Both the position numbers and the translations under genes were made by a program. Positions 1 through 5,707 of a DNA stretch of 12,156 nucleotides are shown piece by piece (within the stretch, counting starts at the first letter, position 1; every line of letters starts with the position of its first letter). The stretch is from an uncultured archaeon. GTDB lineage: Archaea > Iainarchaeota > Iainarchaeia > Iainarchaeales > CSSED10-239. The notes beneath the pieces were generated by a model. The model did not search any database and was not told the DNA's origin. It saw nothing but the letters and a program-made list of their open reading frames with translations. Location of the stretch: assembly GCA_964463155.1 (NCBI GenBank), contig CAYXAY010000021.1:1-12156 (forward strand). Direction: 5' to 3'.

Positions 1-2
1 TT

Positions 3-107
3 TTGTATTCAGGAAAAATAATGGTTGCAAAAGATAAGAAAGTATTGTGGCTTTATGATCCTAAAGGCATTGCAAAAATATTAAAATCGGGAGTAAAAAT
101 TAGATGA
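3..107 (+). CDS. C-terminal end of a putative antitoxin-like small protein (5' end outside the window)
   Basis: Frame 3 is open from the window edge to TGA 105-107. The tail GKIMVAKDKKVLWLYDPKGIAKILKSGVKIR aligns with the frame-corrected tail of the gene at 548 (DKKQVV*ILNPKEVARVKRQKLEVKF). Its stop overlaps the next gene's ATG (ATGA at 104-107), as is typical of type II TA operons. Confidence 0.5.
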   Translation: MYSGKIMVAKDKKVLWLYDPKGIAKILKSGVKIR

Positions 108-421
108 AACTAATTAATGTTGCTTTTGCTAACAAGAGATTAGAGAAAGAAATAGAATCTATTTCTGATAAAGAGTTTAAAGCAGAGATTGAAAAGACCA
201 TAATTAAATTAAAAGAGAAATCAGATTGTGGTATTCACATTCCCAAGAATTTATGGCCAAAAGAATATATTAAATTGTATAATATTACAAACTTGTGGAA
301 GTTTGATCTAAGAAATGGTTGTAGAATAATCTATACAATTAAAGACGAAGAACTTAGAATATTATGCATTATTTTAGATTGTTTTTCACATAAAGAATAT
401 GAAAGAAAATTTAAATATTAA
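104..421 (+). CDS. RelE/ParE-superfamily toxin-like protein
   Basis: 105-aa ORF. The C-terminal half (GIHIPKNLWPKEYIKLYNITNLWKFDLRNGCRIIYTIKDEELRILCIILDCFSHKEYERKF) fits the RelE/ParE pattern of a small basic protein with an N-G-x-R-I-I-Y-x-I core strand and a C-terminal H-K-x-Y. Its start overlaps the upstream small ORF's stop. Family recalled from memory, not searched. Confidence 0.6.
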   Translation: MKLINVAFANKRLEKEIESISDKEFKAEIEKTIIKLKEKSDCGIHIPKNLWPKEYIKLYNITNLWKFDLRNGCRIIYTIKDEELRILCIILDCFSHKEYERKFKY

Positions 422-505
422 CTATTTCTCATTTTCACAAAAAAATCAAGCAACGGTTCTTATATACTTGAGAATCCCAATTATATTAAAAATATATAAA
501 AATAT

Positions 506-529
506 TTTGTATATCAATTAATATACAAA
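506..529. promoter_or_regulatory. Operator-like palindrome upstream of the second antitoxin-like gene
   Basis: TTTGTATAT-CAATTA-ATATACAAA has perfect 9-bp arms around an AATT-centred spacer. It lies 19 nt upstream of ATG 548 and just downstream of a TATA-like AATATATAAAAATA (491-504). AT-rich palindromes arise easily in this composition, so this is weak. Confidence 0.3.
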
Positions 530-547
530 TTAAATGTACTTATTGAT

Positions 548-818
548 ATGCAAAGTAAAACAAAGATAGTTAGATATCCTAGATTGGACACATTAATGAT
601 GATTGAGAACGCTGCAGAAGATGCTAAAGGAGATTACACCGTAAGGCAAATTTGGCAAAGGCTTCCAAAGAAAGTAATGTGGCAGACATATCTTACAGCA
701 ATAGATTATTTAGAAAAAAGTTATAAGATTATAATAGATAAAAAAACAAGTGGTGTAGATATTGAATCCAAAAGAAGTTGCAAGAGTAAAAAGACAAAAA
801 CTAGAGGTAAAGTTCTAA
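548..818 (+). pseudogene. Antitoxin-like winged-helix protein, disrupted by a frameshift at an A7 run plus an in-frame TAG
   Basis: The first ~66 aa (MQSKTKIVRYPRLDTLMMIENAAEDAKGDYTVRQIWQRLPKKVMWQTYLTAIDYLEKSYKIIIDKK) look like a small wHTH protein. After the A7 run (740-746) the track frame gives a low-complexity K/S/T tail. The adjacent frame (747-818) reads QVV*ILNPKEVARVKRQKLEVKF*, which aligns with the tail of the paralog at 3-107. TAG 756-758 sits on the paralog's Trp. Confidence 0.5.
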
Positions 819-838
819 AAGAACCAAAAATATATTTT

Positions 839-1173
839 ATGGATATTAGTATTTAGGAACTATATACTGAATTAAAAGAAAGCCCAAAATTTAAAGACAA
901 AGAATTATATTCTAATTTAGAGAAAATAATTTTAAAAATAACTGAAGATCCTCGTTGTGGGATAAAAATCCCGAAATATCTTTGGCCTAAAGAATATATT
1001 ACAAAATATAGCATAACTAATCTATCTAAATTTGATTTTTCAATGGTAGGAGAGTAACACACACTATATAAGGCAGCAAGATATCAATAATTTCTTTAAT
1101 TATAGAGTGGTTTCCCCATGAGAAGTATGAAAGACGATTTAGATACTATTTCTTCAAAAACAAAGGCTTATAA
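839..1173 (+). pseudogene. Decayed RelE/ParE-like toxin, paralog of 104-421
   Basis: From ATG 839 the translation is MDISI*ELYTELKESPKFKDKELYSNLEKIILKITEDPRCGIKIPKYLWPKEYITKYSITNLSKFDFSMVGE*. After a frame change near 1045 it continues GRRVTHTI*GSKISIISLIIEWFPHEKYERRFRYYFFKNKGL*. The blocks IKIPKYLWPKEYITKYSITNL and IEWFPHEKYERRFRY match IHIPKNLWPKEYIKLYNITNL and LDCFSHKEYERKFKY of the intact toxin. Lesions are TAG 854-856, a frameshift at ~1043-1047 and TAA 1069-1071. Confidence 0.65.
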
Positions 1174-1225
1174 ACAGATCTAATCTATATCTGTTAGATA
1201 ATATTACTAAAAAGAGATTAAAAAC

Positions 1226-1615
1226 ATGGTAAGGAAAACAAAAAAAAAGAAAGTAATTAAAAGAATGGCACCAATAAAAAAAGAACAAAAGAACACAAAT
1301 ATCTTTGAATCAAAGGCAATAAAAAGATCAGGAATTGTCGTCTCTGGGCTTGCAGTCTTTGCGATAGTCTTTACTTATATTTATTATTCTTCTATAACCG
1401 GAATGTTATATATCGAGAATCTAGTTTCATTACTAGCACTTGCCTTCCCAATGTATGTAATGTATTATTCTTTGATAAGACCAGCAGACAACAAAAACAC
1501 ACAGATTCTTTATTGGATGTCAATAACAGTTATGTTAATCATAATAATGTTATTCATAAACGCAATATTTAGTGGGAACTTCTGTTATTGGTTTACAAAC
1601 ACTTGCTGTTTATAG
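1226..1615 (+). CDS. Small membrane protein with a Lys-rich N-terminus and about 3 predicted TM segments; function unknown
   Basis: 129-aa ORF with a basic leader (MVRKTKKKKVIKRMAPIKKEQKN) followed by long hydrophobic stretches. No family recognised. Confidence 0.45.
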   Translation: MVRKTKKKKVIKRMAPIKKEQKNTNIFESKAIKRSGIVVSGLAVFAIVFTYIYYSSITGMLYIENLVSLLALAFPMYVMYYSLIRPADNKNTQILYWMSITVMLIIIMLFINAIFSGNFCYWFTNTCCL

Positions 1616-1643
1616 TAAACTGTTTTAAATTAAAGTGATATAA

Positions 1644-2144
1644 ATGCTAAAAAACAAAGAAACTCTAAAATCTAAAAAGAAAACAGAATTATTAAAAATA
1701 ATTTTTTTTAATAAATTAAGTAAAATTATTGCAGTATTTTCTGTTTTAGTCGCCATATTTGTTCTCATAAACGAAAGGATGGATCTTCCATCTATTAAAA
1801 TATTTTTATTTCTGTTGATTTCTTCAGGGTATCTGTTTTTGGATCCATTGCGTAAGAAAGATACTATGTGGTCAAAAACATTATATTTTCTTAATATAGT
1901 AATTATGTCAATTTCAGTAATTGTGGCTATATATATGTTGATTGTGGGTTCATATGGTCTAATATCAGTAACCGACACATCTGAATTAATATTGTTTATA
2001 TTCTCTATAATTGTTTTAATGGCGATTATACTTTATATAATTCAATTATGCTATTTTAAAAAGGTAATTTTATTTAATCAATTTTTAATAATTATTACTG
2101 AAATTGTACTGTTTGGAGTTATTTTGTCTATATTAAGCATCTAG
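1644..2144 (+). CDS. Multi-pass membrane protein, function unknown
   Basis: 166-aa ORF with about 5 hydrophobic segments, co-directional with and 28 nt after the previous gene. The antisense ORF 1625-1978 is judged spurious. No family recognised. Confidence 0.45.
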   Translation: MLKNKETLKSKKKTELLKIIFFNKLSKIIAVFSVLVAIFVLINERMDLPSIKIFLFLLISSGYLFLDPLRKKDTMWSKTLYFLNIVIMSISVIVAIYMLIVGSYGLISVTDTSELILFIFSIIVLMAIILYIIQLCYFKKVILFNQFLIIITEIVLFGVILSILSI

Positions 2145-2146
2145 AT

Positions 2147-2836
2147 TTAGATCAATCCCTTTTCTCTAAAACTAAAGGTTTCTTTTTCTGAGATGATTAT
2201 GTGATCTAGAAGAGAGATATCCATTAATTTAGCTGCCTTTTTTAAGATGTCTGTTGCTTGCTTGTCATCCAAGGAGGGTTCGCATATGCTACTAGGGTGA
2301 TTATGAGCAATAATTATTCCATCTGCTCCATGTCTCATTGCTTCAAGAACAATGTCTTTAGAAGAGATTAGTGTCTGATTGCTTGTTCCGGTTGTTATAA
2401 CTTTATAATCAATAACATCATTTCTGTGTGTTAAAAAAACAGCAACTAGTTTTTCATGTGTTATTCCAAAAAAAACCGGGAATAAAAGATTATAAACATC
2501 AGTTGGGCAAACAATCTTTGTTTTCTCTTCTGGGCTTTTAAGTGTTCTAATTTCTTGACTTAAAATTCTTTTAGATATTTCAAAAACAGCCTTAATTTGA
2601 CAAGCTTTGATTTTTCCAATTCCTTTGATTTTTTGTAATTCAGTAATAGACACATTACCAATATCTCTAAGCGGAAATCTTGAAAAAATTTCTTGACAAA
2701 TATTTAAAACATTATTTTCCTTAGTTCCAGTTTTAATAACAAGAGCCAAAAGTTCGGCTTGAGATAAGCTTTCTGCTCCAAAAGTCTGTAGTCTTTCAAG
2801 TGGTCTATTTTCAATTGACATTTCTTTTATTTTCAT
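2147..2836 (-). CDS. radC: RadC-family JAB/MPN-domain protein
   Basis: The N-terminal HhH-like region (RPLERLQTFGAESLSQAELLALVIKTG ... ELQKIKGIGKIKACQIKAVFEISKR) and the C-terminal JAMM motif (AHNHPSSICEPSLDD, i.e. HxH-x7-S-xx-D, with an upstream Glu in EKLVAVF) are the RadC signature. The track ORF begins at GTG 2845. ATG 2836 (MKIKEMSIENRP...) is the more likely start. Confidence 0.85.
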   Translation of the reverse strand: MKIKEMSIENRPLERLQTFGAESLSQAELLALVIKTGTKENNVLNICQEIFSRFPLRDIGNVSITELQKIKGIGKIKACQIKAVFEISKRILSQEIRTLKSPEEKTKIVCPTDVYNLLFPVFFGITHEKLVAVFLTHRNDVIDYKVITTGTSNQTLISSKDIVLEAMRHGADGIIIAHNHPSSICEPSLDDKQATDILKKAAKLMDISLLDHIIISEKETFSFREKGLI

Positions 2837-2844
2837 ATTTTTCA

Positions 2845-3810
2845 CTAATCTATAATTTTTTCAAGTTCTTCTTTTGTTGGAAGAAACAATTTATATTTAG
2901 AAATAAATAAATTATTAGTAATTCCTCCAAGTGCAAATTAAACTTGCAGGTTATCTTTATCAGTACATACTAAAATTCCAATTGGATCTCTGTCTTGATT
3001 TTTATTTAGTTCTTTTTTAACATAATTTAAATAAAAATTAATTTGACCAACGTATTCGTGTTTAAATTTGTCTGTTTTAATTTCAATAATTATATATTTT
3101 TTCAAATATATATTATAAAATAAAAGATCAATATAAAAGTGATCATTATCAATTGTAAAATGTTTCTGTCTAGCCACAAATGTAAAACCTTTTCACAGTT
3201 CTAATAAGAATTTTTGTAATTTATTTATTATTTCGGTTTCTAATTTCGTTTCGTTAAATTTATAATTTTCTTCAATATCTAAAAATTCCAAGATGTATGG
3301 ATCTTTAATAAATTCCTGAAAATGATTTTTATTTTTATGGGATTTTAAATTATTATTTGTAAGTAATAATCTTTCATAATGTAACGAATATATTTGTCTT
3401 TTTAAGTCTCTTACACTTAAATTTTCGCAAATGGCATGTTCTTCAAAATATTTTCGTTTTTTCGGTTCAGTGATTTTTATTAATTCAGAATAATGAGACC
3501 AAGTTAATTTAGGGGACACTGTCTCCCATTTTTGATATGTAAGATAAAATTTCCTTATTCTTCTTAAATTACTGGAGTCAAATCCTTTCTTAAATTCTTT
3601 AGATAGTTCTTTAGAAATAGACTCTATTAATTTGGTTCCATATATAGCACGAGTTTTCCCATTTTGTTCTCCTTCAACAATTAATCTTCCAATATAGAAA
3701 TATGCTTTTAGCATTTCTATATTTACTAATTTAAATGAATTATATCTGGCGGATTTAACAATATCTGAAATATTGTGTATTAATTTAGATAATTCGGTTG
3801 TTATTTTCAT
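2845..3810 (-). pseudogene. YhcG/DUF1016-family PD-(D/E)XK nuclease interrupted by two in-frame stop codons
   Basis: Track ORFs 3193-3810 and 2938-3177, plus an uncalled 30-codon piece (2848-2937), are all in one frame. Read through, they give ...KLQKFLLEL*KGFTFVARQKHFTIDNDHFYIDLLFYNIYLKKYIIIEIKTDKF...PIGILVCTDKDNLQV*FALGGITNNLFISKYKLFLPTKEELEKIID*. This follows the YhcG pattern (FLLELGKGFAFVGRQ...YIDLLFY...ELK...GLLLC...EYAL...LP..EE) along its length. TGA 3193-3195 sits on the conserved Gly and TAA 2938-2940 on the Glu of EYAL. The D...ExK core is intact. Confidence 0.7.
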
Positions 3811-4307
3811 AATAATCTCTTTAATATATTTGTTTTAGTAAGTATTGTCATTTGTTCAATTGCAATGTTATTTAGTTTTTCTAATCTTTGTAATTTATTC
3901 TGTCCTTCTTTAATAAATAAAGCATTTAGATTTTCAAGATTTGAAAGACACACCAATTGAGTAACTTTTGAAATTAATCCAATTGCATTGGTTTTTTCGA
4001 TCCATTTCTGTGGTGGTAGTACAAAACTATTTAATCCGGCTTGTATACCAAACTGGTCGAATTCGACCAGTTTGAAATCTGGATTATTTATTTTTTCCCA
4101 CAGTCCTAAAAATCTAATTGTTTCTTTAGACCTAATCCAATTTTTAATAACATCAGCAGGATGGTCGGCATTTTTATTTTTTGCAATATCTGTTAATGAA
4201 ATATAATCGTCTTCACTTTTTGTATAATAAGACACTTTTTTGTTTAAAACAACAGTTTCATTCGTATTGTTCACCAAAAATATATGTGTTATCAAATAAC
4301 TAGTCAT
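3807..4307 (-). CDS. KilA-N domain protein, possibly internally deleted
   Basis: DYISLTDIAKNKNADHPADVIKNWIRSKETIRFLGLWEKINNPDFKLVEFDQFGIQAGLNSFVLPPQKWIEKTNAIGLISK matches the N-terminal part of bacterial-type KilA-N proteins. The tail (LVCLSNLENLNALFIKEGQNKLQRLEKLNNIAIEQMTIL) resembles their C-terminal region. Its stop overlaps the ATG of the downstream YhcG-like gene (ATGA at 3807-3810). Confidence 0.65.
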   Translation of the reverse strand: MTSYLITHIFLVNNTNETVVLNKKVSYYTKSEDDYISLTDIAKNKNADHPADVIKNWIRSKETIRFLGLWEKINNPDFKLVEFDQFGIQAGLNSFVLPPQKWIEKTNAIGLISKVTQLVCLSNLENLNALFIKEGQNKLQRLEKLNNIAIEQMTILTKTNILKRLL

Positions 4308-4461
4308 TTTTGGGAGGGTAGATGTCCAGTGGGTTATTTATAAATCTTTGTTGTTTTTTTGAAATTTAGACACCAATATTTTTCAAAATCACAAAATTAT
4401 GTTTTTAGCACTGGACAACAAAACCATTGCGCGCGAGCTGAGCGAAACCGGCTCCCAAAAA
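4307..4461. other. Nested long-range inverted repeat with a GC-rich island: candidate structured RNA, regulatory element or MITE-like remnant
   Basis: The outer arms TTTTTGGGAG (4307-4316) and CTCCCAAAAA (4452-4461) are perfect reverse complements, as are the inner arms TGTCCAGTG (4323-4331) and CACTGGACA (4409-4417). CCATTGCGCGCGAGCTGAGCGAAACCGGCTCCC (about 4424-4456) stands out as GC-rich in an otherwise AT-rich spacer. Confidence 0.3.
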
Positions 4462-4492
4462 CTATATATATTCTTTTAATCATAAATCTATT

Positions 4493-5707
4493 ATGAGATA
4501 CTCACATTCAAGAATTGAAACTTTTAAAAGTTGTCCAAAGAAGTTCTATTTCCAATATATAGAAAAACCAGAGATAGATGAAAAGAAAGGAATAGAGGCA
4601 TTCTTAGGTTCAATGGTACATCTATCTTTAGAAAAACTCTATAAAGATTTAAAGTTTACAAAAATTAATTCTTTAGAAGAAATATTAGATTATTATTCAG
4701 AAGAGTGGGACAAGAATTTTGATTTAACAATAGAGATTGTTAGAAAGGACTATACAACAGAACATTACAAGAAAATGGGTAAAAGGTTTCTAACAGATTA
4801 TTATGAAAAATATAAGCCATTTGACGCAGGAAAGACAATAGGCCTTGAGATGGAAATGACTCTAAGGTTTGTTGATGATTATGGCTCAACTTATGATTTG
4901 ATAGGTTACATTGACAGATTAACAATGATAGATGAAGAACATTTTGAAATACACGACTACAAGACAAATGCTCACACAAAGACCCAAGATGAGGTTGACA
5001 AAGACAAGCAGCTTGCTCTTTACACAATAGCAATCAAAAGAATGTATCCTTCAGTTAAAAGAGTATATCTTGTCTGGCATTTTCTAGAGTCTAACCTCGA
5101 GATGCGTTCTTCAAGAACAGATAAAGATTTAGAAGAGTTAGAAAAAGAAATAATTAGTAATATTCAAGAAATTGAAAGAAAACAAATAACAAATGACTTT
5201 CCAACAAACGAATCTGCTCTTTGTGATTGGTGTTCTTTTAAACAGATATGTCCTGCAAAATCTCATTCTTTCAAGTTGAAACAATTGGCTCCAAATGAGT
5301 ATCTAAAAGACGATGGCTTAAATCTTGTAGAGAAATATTTAAAATTAACTAAAGAAAAAAAAGAAGTTCTTGATAAAATTGGCCCCGAACTAGAAAAACT
5401 AAAAGGAGCAATTGTTTTTTTCTCCAAAGAAAACAATCTAGAAAGGGTTTATGGCAAAGACGGTAATTCCATTCTTGTAAAAGAATATGAAAACTATTCA
5501 ATCCCAGAAAAAGACTCAAGAGAAAGACAAGTGTTTGAAAAGCTTCTAAAGGAAAGCGGTATTTGGGAGATGATAGCTGAAGTCAGTTCCTTTAGTTTCT
5601 CAAAGGCGGTTAACGATGGTCTTTTCTCCAAAGACTTCCTGGAAAAGCTAAAACCTTTAGTCGTCAAGGGAAAAACAACAAGACTTTATCAATGTTCTAA
5701 AAAGTAA
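4493..5707 (+). CDS. Cas4/RecB-like PD-(D/E)XK nuclease with a 4-Cys (Fe-S type) signature and an uncharacterised C-terminal extension
   Basis: The motifs appear in the canonical order of Cas4/AddB-type PDDEXK nucleases: N-terminal SRIETFKSCPKKFYFQYI (first Cys), GSMVHL, GYIDRL...EIHDYKT (D...D/ExK), QLALYTIA, and CDWCSFKQICP (Cx2Cx5C). About 140 aa after the Cys cluster have no family that I recognise. Confidence 0.8.
   Translation: MRYSHSRIETFKSCPKKFYFQYIEKPEIDEKKGIEAFLGSMVHLSLEKLYKDLKFTKINSLEEILDYYSEEWDKNFDLTIEIVRKDYTTEHYKKMGKRFLTDYYEKYKPFDAGKTIGLEMEMTLRFVDDYGSTYDLIGYIDRLTMIDEEHFEIHDYKTNAHTKTQDEVDKDKQLALYTIAIKRMYPSVKRVYLVWHFLESNLEMRSSRTDKDLEELEKEIISNIQEIERKQITNDFPTNESALCDWCSFKQICPAKSHSFKLKQLAPNEYLKDDGLNLVEKYLKLTKEKKEVLDKIGPELEKLKGAIVFFSKENNLERVYGKDGNSILVKEYENYSIPEKDSRERQVFEKLLKESGIWEMIAEVSSFSFSKAVNDGLFSKDFLEKLKPLVVKGKTTRLYQCSKK

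Noticed and set aside
548-856. Track ORF of 102 aa taken as an intact gene
   Set aside because: Its last ~36 residues are a low-complexity K/S/T tail produced after an A7 run. The neighbouring frame reproduces the conserved tail of the paralog at 3-107, so the long ORF is a frameshift artefact. The final codons overlap the decayed toxin's start.
853-1062. 69-aa minus-strand ORF
   Set aside because: It lies antisense to the clearly recognisable, though decayed, RelE-like coding sequence on the plus strand. It has no recognisable motifs and is a shadow ORF.
1625-1978. 117-aa minus-strand ORF
   Set aside because: It almost fully overlaps the plus-strand membrane-protein ORF 1644-2144, which fits the local co-directional gene packing. 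AT-rich antisense frames stay open easily.
2845-3810. UGA-to-Gly genetic code (code 25, as in Gracilibacteria/Absconditabacteria) as the explanation for TGA on the conserved Gly of the YhcG-like gene
   Set aside because: TGA ends the adjacent KilA-N gene (3807-3809) and the antitoxin-like ORF (105-107) in classic ATGA overlaps. The other long ORFs contain no internal TGA. The same gene is also interrupted by TAA, and nearby pseudogenes by TAG and TAA. The lineage signals are archaeal. Decay or sequencing error is more parsimonious.
3988-4206. 72-aa plus-strand ORF
   Set aside because: It is antisense to the conserved core of the KilA-N gene.
4322-4369. 15-codon micro-ORF (MSSGLFINLCCFFEI) behind a GGGAGGG Shine-Dalgarno-like sequence
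   Set aside because: It is too short and has no support from conservation. The GGGAG is better explained as one arm of the inverted repeat. It is kept only as a note in the corresponding finding.
4740-5033. 97-aa minus-strand ORF
   Set aside because: It is antisense to the Cas4-like nuclease across its catalytic motifs. The Cys/Leu/Ser-rich composition is typical of a shadow frame.
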